Shown here piece after piece: positions 52,995 to 64,000 of a DNA stretch of 64,000 nucleotides. Source of the stretch: Vicugna vicugna (taxonomy: Eukaryota); assembly GCA_013265495.1 (NCBI GenBank), contig MU058384.1:681622-745621 (forward strand), read 5' to 3'. The notes beneath the pieces were generated by a model. The model was given only the letters and a program-made list of their open reading frames with translations. It did not search any database and was not told where the DNA came from. Each line of letters starts with the position of its first letter. Position 1 is the first letter of the stretch. Both the position numbers and the translations under genes were made by a program.

Positions 52995-54040
52995 CATGTT
53001 GATTGGATAATCTGAGATCTGGAAGAAAGATGATTAGAAAATGTTTAATAAAGGTGTCTGGGCAAGGAGATATGTGTAGAGGCATTTATAAATTGGCAAA
53101 AGGTGGGAAGATATCTGTGTCCTGTGTAAATGATCACAGAAGTGTGATATCTAAAGGGAGATTCTTAATTTTCAGATGGACAAAATAATGTGCTCTGGGG
53201 ACATAGGTCAGGCACTGTCCCCAGTCACCTCTGTCCTTGGCTGATGCACTTATGAGGAAATGGCATGTAGTTGAGATGAGGGTTATACGTGGGCTCAGGA
53301 ACATATCCGTCACTTACTGGTCTTTCTGTATCCCCCGTTAATCCTGAAGCAGCTGTCCTCATGTGGTGGAGTGGTGGAAAAGCCTTTGGAAGTCTCAGTT
53401 ATAGGAACATCTAGATGACAACATATTGAAGGGGTAAACAGCATCAATTAGGACATATACTGTATATAAGAGATCAATATATTTTTCATAGAAAAGATTT
53501 AAATGTATGAAAATTAAAAGATGGAATGTCTCCCTCCATTTTTACTTCTAATGATCCAATAGCAAAACTTTTGCTTTTTGTCCCTTTAAATCTGGCTGTC
53601 CTGGTTCGTTGTCCTTATCCCCAAGAGAAATGCTTGCACCAGGGCTACAAGAAGTCAGTTCAATTAAAAGTTGAGGCTGCATTTAGCCCATTTTAGAGTT
53701 TTCATGCTGGTGAATCAGTAGGCAAGCAAGGTGGTTACGCTGCTGGCTAGTGTGATTGTGACTGTCCAGTGAAAACTGGGTTACCGCTACACAAGTGGGG
53801 GGCCGTTTGTCTGTAACACAAGGGATCCTCTGAGCTACCTCTTAGAATTACTGCATTTCAGAACAGGCAGGACTACTAACTTCAGGAATTAAATTTTGCT
53901 TCATTCCACTAGGCAAGTAATCATGACCAGCTCAAGTGATTTGTGAGGTAAAAGAGGTAATAGAATAGGTAGAAAATGGGAATTGTAAGTTTCAGTACCA
54001 CCATTTGATCCATGACTGAAATAAATTATAAGTGTTTCTT
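52995..54040 (+). mobile_element. ERVL internal fragment (RNase H / integrase / dUTPase remnants, internally deleted)
   Basis: tctgggcaaggagatatgtg...gaagatatctgtgtcctgtgtaaatgatcac...gagggttatacgtgggctcag and gctgctggctagtgtgattg match recalled ERVL pol/dUTPase DNA. Confidence 0.75.
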
Positions 54041-54054
54041 TCTTATTTTGATAT

Positions 54055-54142
54055 TCCATATATAAATATATTTATATGTCTATATACATCTTCATATATG
54101 TGTGTATATATGTGCATATATGTATATAAGGAGATATATATA

Positions 54143-54179
<37 letters not shown>

Positions 54180-54180
54180 C
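54055..54180. repeat. (TA)n/(TG)n compound microsatellite
   Basis: directly visible. Confidence 0.9.
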
Positions 54181-55609
54181 TTTATATGATTCCATATAAA
54201 TTTTAGGATTATTTGTTCTAGTTCTTACTGAGCTAGAAAAATATTTATATTTATTTTTGTATCTACCAATCAAACTGATCCCTTCAAGTCAAGTATAATA
54301 CTCTTAAGTCTTCTCCTTTCCATATAATTTCACCTCCCGAATGGTTAAAATAAATGGCTCTCAGGTTTTGCTTATTGTCTAGTTCCTAGCATACACAGAA
54401 AGCAGTTTCAAGGGCAAACTGATAACATGGTAAAAGTGAACATACTAGCTAGAGTTTAATAATATTTCCAGTTCTTTAGGTCTTTAGTCTTGTCTAGAGT
54501 CAAAATGAGTAAATAAGGATATTTAAATTAGTTCTGTTCTCATTCATTTGAAATATATTTGTTCCTGTCTGTTCATATTTTACATTATTTATTCCCTTAA
54601 TATGATAGTTTTGGTGAAACATTAACATAGTTCCAAAAATCAAAGCCACACTAAAAAAAAATTTTATTCAGTAGTTGCTTTCCTGGTGGCTTCCACCTCC
54701 TTCCCCAATTAATCTCTTTGGTTTCCAATCTATGTTTCCTTTGGTTATGTTGGCAAAATAAACAATTACATGTATATTTTTATATTTTTCCTTTATTCTT
54801 ACACAAAAGTTAGAAAACTAGAAAAGTGTCTTGCATTTTGGTTTTTAGAAAATGATTCCACATCCTTCATAAATATCACCCTTAATTTTTTAAATATCTG
54901 CATAGTATACCACTAAGTAGATGAACCATCGTTTCTTCAAGAAATCATCTGTGCATAAACACTGAGGGTTTTTATTTTTCAGTGTTTTGCAATTACAAAT
55001 AACACCCTGAATAAATTTGTGCATATGTGTTCTCGTATCAGCTAGATTCCTAGAAGCAGGTTGCTAAGTGAAAAAAAAAAAAGTGATTTTCTTATATCCT
55101 GCCAAATTCTTCTCCATATGGTTATACCAATTTGCATTCTCATCAGAATGTGAATACCTGTTTTTTCCATAGCCTTACCAACAAAATGTTTGTGAATGTT
55201 GTAGTTTTGCCAATTTGATAGGGGAGAAATGTTATCTCAGTGCAGTTGTGTTTTTTATTTCTCTTATTATGACTAAAGCTGAATATCTTTTAAAAAATTT
55301 TGACACTTTTATTATTTTTATTAATCATTTTTCTATAATTAGCAATTTTTCAACCATGTATTTTAAAAATTTCATCACTTTTTAAGAGTTTTTTATAAAT
55401 TATATATGCTATTCCTTTATCAGTAGTTTATGTTGCAAATATTTTCTCCAACTGACTTGCCTTTTGCTTATCTTTATGGTATTTTGTTTTGCAGGCAATC
55501 TTAAATGTATCAGCCTTCTCCCTCATTGTGTCTGGTTTTAAGTCATAGTTAAGCTTTTCTTTTTAAATATCTTATTTATAGAAGAATTCGCCCTACTTTC
55601 TTCTAGAAC

Positions 55610-56154
55610 TGTTAGGTAGTTGGGTAAGTGGAAGCACTGGGCAGATAAGGTGGAGGAGAGGCAGGATATTCTGGAAGATGGTGATATGCCTGCCTTCAGC
55701 ATAAGGGGCTTTACTTCCTCTAAATGAATGCCAGCAAGAAGGCAGTTAGAACTCGACAGCTACAAGTGCACAGTAGTGACAAAGACCTAACCAGACATGT
55801 CCCAATGCTCACTGTAATATAATTAGCATTGTGGTTTAGGCCCCCTGTGGATTTTTCTGTGTGCATCATGGGTAAAGACATGTGCAAAAGGGCATAAGCA
55901 TGACTAAGCACTCCTGGTGCAAGAGCGGTCAATCAGGAGACCACCTCTAAGTGAGGGTGTAAGAGAAGGGGCCAACAAAGACCATGCTGTCCACCCTTGG
56001 ATCAGCCCACCTCCCATTCTTGGAGGTGTACTTTCACTTTGCTAAATAAAATCTTTAAAATCTTTCACTAAACAACATTTCTTCTCCCATCTGAATTCTT
56101 CTCTTTCAAGTAAGACAAGAACTGGGGTCTTTCCCTTCCCCTTTTGGGTTAACA
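55610..56154 (+). mobile_element. ERV1-class solo LTR (545 bp) with 4-bp TSD
   Basis: TGTTA...TAACA termini; GAAC duplicated at 55606-55609 and 56155-56158; aataaa at ~56045. Confidence 0.9.
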
Positions 56155-57424
56155 GAACTTGTATTGTTACTGTTGAGTCTGTGATTAATTTGGGGCTTCT
56201 TCCTGTGAATTGTGTAAAGTACATACACATTTTATTTATTTTTTTAATGGCTTTCCAGTTTTCCCAGCACTCTTTGTTTTTAAATTCTATTTTAACTCTA
56301 GTGATTGAGATTCCTTTTTAAATTTTCTGATAAATTCTGTTATCTTCTACTGATCAGATGCCAGTATCAGTTTATTTTCATTGTAGAAGCTTTATGTAAT
56401 ATTTTAATATTTGGCAGTGTTAATGTTCCTAGCTTTTCTTCTTCAAAGTTCTCCTTGCTATTTTTGAGAATTTATTTTTCCAAGCTTATTTTATTTTTAT
56501 ATCCCCATGAAGACTTGGTTTTTTTATTGAGATTATGTTGAATGTGTACACCTACTTAGGGATAACAGATACCTTTATGATGTTGAATCATCCCACCCAG
56601 GAACAAGGGAGTCTTTTAATTTGTTCCAGTCTATTTTGTATCTTTCAAGAGTGTTAATAGCCATACTTATGTAGATTTGGCACATTTCTTGTTAAATTTA
56701 TTTCTAAATATTTAGCTCCTTTGTACTACTGCAAAGGAGGAATTCTCTACATTATATTCTCTACCTCACTTCTGTGTATATGAAGGACTATTGATTTTTA
56801 AATGTTTATTTTATATACTGCCTCCTTACTGAAATATTTTACTTTTAGAATTCTGTTAAACAATTCATTCTCTAGGAGTTTCTAGTAGTCTGTCACATAC
56901 CCAGTGAGCTCTAGGGATGTGAGTGAAGATGCAGACACAGAATGGTATGCAAAATATTGGAATTTGGTGAAAAATGAACATTAACTATGCATCTATCATA
57001 TTTTGAAGAGAAGAAAGGTCAAATATATAAGATAATTTTGTTGAAGAAATAAATTTTATAGTAAGTAAGTATCCAAGAACAGCTGGGCATTATGCATTTT
57101 CAGATCTCCATTAGGACAGACACCTTTTAGTTAAGATAGAAATATTAATAGTCATCATTAATTCAACAGATTTATTTTTGTGTGTTCTAGATGTGCACAC
57201 AGCAATAAATGGCACACATTTTGAGCTTCTCCCGTTTTTTAGCCTCTTGCTTGTCATACAGACCGACTGGGAGCTAAGAGATTTCCCAGTCCCACAGGCT
57301 TATGTTATTAGAGTCTTAAAAACCCAAATATCTCAGCTCTCACTTTGCTTGCTTCCTTATGACCGTGAAATTTTTGAGAGAAGCAAAGGGATCTCTTTTT
57401 CTGTGAAATGAGATGGTGAAAAGT

Positions 57425-57900
57425 TTAGACAAGAGAAAATATGTCGTTTAATGGATATATAAATAACAGAGTCTACAGAATCTTTACTGTAATTGGCAAA
57501 GGAGGCTGCTTTACTGAGAGGAGTGACGTGATCATTGTACATAACCAGACAGCATACAGCCAGGAGATGTGTGGGCTCTTCATCGCCACTGCATTCTGAG
57601 GAAGCACACAGGGATCTAGCAGGCTTGGATATCAGACCCTGGACGGGCTCTGACCTTTTGGTTATGAGGCTTTTAAGCTGTCTGATTAAGGAACACCATC
57701 CTCTTTTGGCATCAGGATGCTGGGATCCCAAAGCAGTATATATAGCAGAATCCCAGCCTGCAGCCTTATTCTTTCACTTCATTGTTCATGGTATACCCCA
57801 TGGTATGATCAAGGTGTGATGTCCAAGTCTCATAACTGTAGCTCTCCCATGTGGTGTACCTTTGGTGTTGGGTCCTGATTTGCCATTTCTTTAGTGGTCT
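57425..57900 (+). mobile_element. LTR81-like (Gypsy-related) LTR fragment
   Basis: gaaaatatgtcgtttaatggatatataaataacagag...ggaggctgctttac...ccaggagatgtgtgggctc resembles recalled LTR81-family 5' end. Confidence 0.5.
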
Positions 57901-59165
57901 ATGGAGCTTTTCAGAAGCCCAGCTATCTCTCTGGAAGGCTTGTTTACAGAGAATTAATCTTGAACAAATTAACTCTTGTTGTTAAGTAGTTTGCAGCATG
58001 GTGGATCAGAAGGTATGGTTCTTGAAGTGAGGTCATAATTTCATTTTATCTCCAAAAAGATCTGGAGTAAGTGGGTCAAGTGATAGGAAAGTGGTAAATG
58101 ACATGGGAGGGGAAAATACATATATCCCTGACACTCTGATAGCTCAAAAATTTAGGAGTAAGCCTGAATCTTCAGGACAAGGCATGATTCTGCAGAAGAC
58201 AGAGGCAGTAGAAATCAAGCAGAAAATAACAATTTTGTCAAATGTGCCAAATTCTTACTATCTTCAAAAGTTAAAAAAAATAAAAATAAAAGAGAGCTAA
58301 TGACCAAAGTTCAACATATAGACGGCAGAAAATTATTTTAATGTTCTTCTTGGCCCACATAGTGTATTTTCCACTCTAATTTATATATTTTAATTGTTCT
58401 TTTCACAACATTAATTTTTATTGTCCTTTTGTTAGTTTCCAAGCTTCATATTGCTAATGTCCCTTAACTTTTTTCTAACACTTTTTGTTTTCTTGGATAT
58501 ATATTCTAGTGCTTTGAATTCAAAAAGACCCTTTTAATATCTGTCTTTAATTTATGTGATTTCTCTTGAGATAACATCAGGTGCACAGGCACAGAGCCAG
58601 ACGTGCAATTTCTGCAGAGCTCTGAAATCATGTGAAAACAGGGAAAGGATAGATTTGTTAGACTTGCTCTAAAATCACAAGAGTGTGAGGACCTTCAGCA
58701 AAGGAAATTCACGTTTTAAATAGCAATGCTTTGAGGAAATTTTATTTAAACACTGTTTTAAGAAATTAAAAAACAAAATTTTGTTTGATATGAGAAAGAT
58801 TGTGGAAAAGAAACAATTGAGTTTTAAATTGACAATTGTAATATAAATATTGCATTTTGACTTATGATCCAGTATTGTAAATATTTACATAGAAAGGAAA
58901 CATCGTGAGCCTAAAGAAAACCTGTCTTTCATTGTGTTGGAACCCTTTTAATATATGTGCCTCTATCATGATCACATATACACTTTGACTTTTCCTCTTC
59001 CCCTCTGGCATGTCTTTTCCTATGCACTTGTTATGTTTGTGGTAGGGAACATTCACTTCAGGAAAAGACACTCCATGTCTGGACATCCTACTATTTCTAA
59101 GGCACTACAGACATCATTATTGCTTCAAAATAAAACCTCATCCATCATACTACTGATGCCACTGT

Positions 59166-59336
59166 TGGTTTGTTTTTTGTTTTTGTTTTTTTGGTTTTTT
59201 GTTTTGTTTTGTTTTGTTTCTGTGGGGAGGGGGGTAATTAGGTTTATTTTTTTATTCTCACGGAGCTACTGGGGAATGAACCCAGGACCTCGTGCGTGCT
59301 AAGCACATCCTCTACCACTGAGAAATAGCCTTCCCC
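59166..59336 (-). mobile_element. tRNA-derived SINE (camelid Vic-type) with extended tail
   Basis: minus strand ggggaaggctatttctcagtggtagaggatgtgcttagcacgcacgaggtcctgggttcattccccagtagctcc...; TSD tgatg(c/g)cactgt at 59154-59165 and 59337-59348. Confidence 0.9.
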
Positions 59337-61329
59337 TGATGGCACTGTAAAAGCTATGTTCCATCATTGTAAAATGCAAATCTCCCGAGAAGGATGACAC
59401 AGAAAGTTTGAATGAGCCTTCATAATGCAGTATAAATTAAATTTGTTTTTTTGTTTGTTTGTTTGTTTGTTTTTTCTGAGAGCAGTTGTTACTAGGTAAA
59501 GAGGGGAAAGAAAAGATAAGAAAAGATAAGATCACCAGGTATTCAAAGCAGGACAGTGCGGTGAAGAGGCCAGGAGCGTCAGGGACTAATTCCACCTACT
59601 TTGCATTTTGAATAAGGCCAAAGAGTGTGGAAGGACTCAGTCATAATTTTATTGGAGGCTGATAACTATTAGGCATAATTTTTCTTAACTAAGTCTACTC
59701 ACTTGCGAGCAAAACACTCCCATTTTAAAAATGCCTTTGCCATGGGTATATTGCAAAATGAAAATACAAAGCAGACAACCAGCGAAAAGTTGACCATTTA
59801 AATAAAGTCAGATTTTACCATTTTGGAGAGATGCAAATTTGAAGGAATTCTAACTGGGCATCAATTTTATGACCCCACTGTTGTTACTCTCCATGCATAT
59901 CAAAGTCAAAAGAGCTAGTTCCTTTCACTAGGGGAGCACCAGATCACCTTAATTTTCATATCCAAAATGACTGAATTATACGAGATATCTAAAAACGTCA
60001 GACTATGGAAGCAGATAATCCCGATGTAAAGGTTATTGCATCAAACTTCTATGCAAAGTTCAACTCATGCAATTTCAGCCCTATAAAGGACAGTCTTGCA
60101 GAGACACTGAAGTTGTGTTGTAATGGTATCCCTTTCATCATACATAAAATAAATAATACTTTAAATAGTGCTTTTAAAAAAGAGACTAATGGATGAGAGG
60201 ATTCTCTTCTTATTTCCTTGAAGTTGAAGACATTTGGACAAAACTTCCAAAGGGATTCTAAAGCTTTGTTGAAGTGCATGAACCTATTCCTAGACCTAGA
60301 GAAATTGTCTGGCTTTCAGTGTGAGCCACCAGACAGGCCACTGATGAGAAGAGGGTAAGTTAAGGGAAACGCGGCCGCCTGGGCTTGGTGACGAGAGATA
60401 ACCGATGCTGCTGGTGATTTCTTATCTGTTCTTGGGCTTCCTTTTTACATCACAGGTCCCTCAGGTGCCTCCAGGTCAGCTGCTTCCTAGCTTTTATCTT
60501 ACATTTTAACCTTTTCCATGTGAAGTGCACCCTTTAGCTCACATTTCTTCAGACGCATGGCAGGTTTATTATAATGAAATTTGCACTTAGGCGACCTGTG
60601 TTATGGATTCTAAATAGGTTGATTATCTGCATCAAAGTCGTATGTGATGAACACAAGATGACATTTGATGGTAAGGATGGCTCATGGCAATGGATGCCAA
60701 ATGCCATATATTAAAAACCCTTAGTTCTTTCAGGGGTACCTTCACCTTTCTAAAACTGGAGTAATAGCGTTTGCTGACTTGACTTTCCCAGGAATTTTGC
60801 TTTGGGACCAAAAATCTATACAAAGCACAAGTGTTTGAGATTTTTTTCTAAGCCAATTTTATTCTTATCTTAGTTTCAGTGCTTATAAACAAACAAATGT
60901 GAAATGACTATGTAGGTTAAAGTATAAATAATTTACAAGTTGTAAATAGTTACTCTGTTTATTGTTTATATACCAGTCAAATTGAGTGAGATTTTTCAGT
61001 ATTTAATGTAAAATTATGTCATCCAATTGTACGATAACTCTGATAATTTCAGGACGTGACAGATACAACATTTTAAGAATAAGTATTGAAAAATGTAATT
61101 TTATAAAATATTTTAAGAGTACTTTATTTAGTTAATTAACTGCTACTAAAGGCAAATAAGTTACTTAATACTGTGAATCTACATTAAAAATTACAGTGCC
61201 AAGGCTGGTATATAAATAGGCTTTAGTAAACACATTTTCATTTGTGGTTAAAAATCGACACTCTAAAAACAGAGGTCCCAAACTCCTATTTACTTGAAAT
61301 ATTGATAGAAAATTATACTGGAATATGAC

Positions 61330-61800
61330 CAAATTAAAAGGCATAGTATACCAAGCAATACAGGTTTTGATTGAATAGCTAAATCATAAATAAATCTAGA
61401 ATACATTGCTTATAATTTTTAAATACAACAGCTATGTGTGATAGTGGTATCTCAACATTATGATGATTTGTCTCACATTTTTGTATGAATTCAAATTCGT
61501 TAACTATTTTCCTTTATAATTTTTGTTTCAAACCACAGTGCTGTATGTTCTTCTGTCTCTCCTCATTTCTGTAATTTGTTGAAATAAGAACTATTTGAAA
61601 TAGAAAATTAAAGAAAAGTATAATAATGCACTTGTCTCACCACTGAGATATATGAAATGTACACATTTTGCCATTTTTGTTTTACAACTTTGAGAAATTT
61701 TTGTTGACGTCCACTTCGTACCCTTTCTTGATTTCATTCACCTTCACAACTCATGATTTAAGCTTGAGTGTGTTTTCTCCCCATTTGTTCTTTTGTACCT
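61330..61800 (-). mobile_element. L1ME-type fragments
   Basis: gtgatagtggtatctca and acttgtctcaccactgagata...cattttgccattttt; diverged. Confidence 0.45.
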
Positions 61801-62039
61801 TGCTCCAATTGGCAAGAGCTTCAAGTGCAGAGGCAGCGTGTCCACCAACTCTGAAATGCAACCATACCCAGTGACCTAGGATAACCTTCAGACTGCGATG
61901 GCTGCTGCAATTCTTCCTACCAGATCTAGCTCAATCTCTCTTTTCTCAACTATAATCTTCGACTACATTAGGAAGAGATCCTAGGAACTGTAGTTCTAAC
62001 TGGTTGACAGTTCAGAACCACCTGAGTAGGACAAGTCAC

Positions 62040-63820
62040 CTTCCTCTTTTGTTCTCTTCCCACTTCCCCTTTTCTCTTTATTTGTTTCCATAAATTTTGT
62101 TTAAAAAGTGTCTGTTGCTGCAAAAATTGTCTCAGGTTATCTTTGTTTTATTTTTTTCTGGTTCATAATAAGAGTTTGTGAAGCTCATCAAAAGTGTTGG
62201 GGAAATGTTCTTACTTCTAAATCTCTTAAGCATTGAATATGAGGGAACAGCTCTCGAATTCCTGGTGGTTTAATAAAAGTGACCTAGAAAGCCATGTGCA
62301 CTTTATATTGTTGAGACTTCAGATGTGTTTCTTTGTTCTGTGTGTATTTTTTTACCTTTACTTTTAGTTATTTTAATTCTAGACTTTCTTGGGAGATCTT
62401 TTTCTCTAGGAGCAGAGTTGCAAGTAGGTTTTCCCATATATTGACTAAATTAAATTAATTTTTCTTGCATTTATTGACAGAAAGCTCTTTATTGTGTCCT
62501 CATCTGATGTTTAAATGTGTTTTCATATCCATATCACATTTTACCCTTTTTTTTTTGCTAAGTCTGTAATGCATTTTTCTTAAATTGAAGTACTGTCAAT
62601 TACAATGTGTCCATTTCTGGTGTACAGCACAATGTCCCAGTCATGCATATGCATACATATATTTGTTTTCATAAAAGGTTATTACATGATATTGAATATA
62701 GTTTCCTGTGCTACACAGAGAAATTTGGATTTTTTTAAATCTATTTTTATATGTAGTGGCTAACATTTGCAAATCTCAAACCATTTTACTATCTTAATAT
62801 CATGTTTACGTGCCTTCTGTCTTTCCTTTTTGATCAGTCTTATGAGCTTTGACCAATTCTTGGTATTTTCAGGTTCTGCTTTTGGTTTTGTTATTCCACT
62901 CCGCTTTTGTTTTGCTTTCTGTTTCATTTTTAAAATTTACTGACATTTCTTTATTTTACTTCCATTGGTTCTGTTCTGTCTTTTTGAATTTATCCATTTG
63001 AGTGGCCAAATTATCAATATTTAATTCCTCCTCATTTATTAATATAGTCATTTAAGCCCTGAAATAGTATTCTAGTTTCATTCACAGAATTCTCATTCTT
63101 GTTCAGTTCTACTTAAGTATAATTATAATTACCATTTTGCTTATACTTTTTTTTATTAGGACAGAGTTCTTTTTTTTTAATGAACCTATCAAAATCTGTG
63201 AGGCCTTACTATTTTCTCTAAATTAATTGCATTGTAGCATGTAAACAAGGTACTTTTGTTAATGATTCTTTGACCTTGTTGAGACTACTTTTGAGGATTA
63301 ATACATAGTAATTTTCTGTGACAATTCTGTGTGGGTTTGAAGAAAGATAAAAAGATGTTCCCTGTATGTTTGGTGCCCGTGCTCTACATTCCTTTGATAA
63401 AGTTTGTTAATTGAGTATTTCAAATCTTATGTACTCAAAAACAGTTGTCTCCCTGCTTCATTAATTTCTAAGGGAGTTGTTTAAATCTACTATTATAACT
63501 GATGAGTTATCAATTTTTCTTCATAATTCTGAAAATTTTAATTTTATTTATGGCACTATAATCATTTTGCCTGCATTTAGTATTAATATATTTTCTTAAT
63601 GGATTTCTACTTATATCGCCAAACATCTTCTTTATATTTAATAATACATTTTGATTTGAAAGACACTTCATCTAAAATTCTTAAAGCTAGATCTGTTTTT
63701 GTTTTGTCTTTTATGTTAACCTCTTTTAATTTGGTAAGTTCTATGTACATGTATATGTATGTATGTGTATACATACTTTCGTTTTTCTTTCAAACATTTT
63801 GCAGCCTTTCTAAATCTTTT
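62040..63820 (-). mobile_element. old L1 ORF2 fragment
   Basis: T-rich; ttgttgagactacttttgagg...tttgaagaaa...aaatctactattataactgatg (antisense EN/linker motifs). Confidence 0.6.
62575..62781 (-). mobile_element. younger camelid-type L1 3' end
   Basis: attgaagtactgtcaattacaatgtgtccatttctggtgtacagcacaatgtcccagtcatgcat...atagtttcctgtgcta; catttt(t/a)ct flanks. Confidence 0.8.
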
Positions 63821-64000
63821 TCTTGTTAAAATACTGAAAACGGAATAGGATATAAGGCAGCCACAAAGTGAGTTATCACAGAACTAACATTTGTGTAGCT
63901 ACTTCCTAGGTTAGGAAATAGAACACTGTTAGCACTGCAAAAACCTCCTCAAACCCATTCCCAAATAAGATCCCATTTCTTTCAACCACTCCTGACTTCT
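63821..64000 (-). mobile_element. L1ME3-like 3' end (runs off window)
   Basis: gtagctacttcctaggttaggaaatagaacactgttagcactgcaaaaacctcc. Confidence 0.6.

Larger units (their letters stand above)
50550..56890 (-). mobile_element. L1MC4/5-type element (3' UTR into ORF2), fragmented by nested LTR elements
   Basis: gcaaatcctaggtat...ccataaatatttcagcatatatct, typical of the L1MC 3' end; resumes at ~52365, ~54250 and 56159. Confidence 0.75.

Overview
AT-rich, CpG-poor mammalian genomic DNA, intronic or intergenic. It is most likely from a camelid: two tRNA-derived SINEs resemble the camelid Vic-type, artiodactyl-style L1 3' ends are present, and I saw no Alu, B1, Bov-tA/BovB or SINEC. No intact protein-coding gene is recognisable. 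Most of the window is old interspersed repeat (L1, L2, MIR, CR1/L3, MaLR/ERVL/ERV1 LTR elements, hAT-Charlie/Blackjack and Tigger DNA transposons), often nested. Repeat family names come from recalled consensus sequences and most boundaries are approximate. The most interesting item is a decayed Ty3/Gypsy-type gag at ~31.5-32.5 kb. Its frameshifted fragments follow the PNMA (paraneoplastic Ma antigen) domain order: N-terminal domain, YxKLxxFS / ESLRG / CLxA..LNT..GE..LE capsid motifs, a degenerate zinc-knuckle position, and a GGAAAC/GNWA end. An LTR-like segment precedes it. Other notable structures are a strong minus-strand splice unit (11-nt microexon or first-exon donor) at ~25.3 kb, a perfect 44-bp inverted repeat at 7.2/7.6 kb, and a near-perfect 177-bp tandem duplication of unique sequence at 38.5-38.9 kb.
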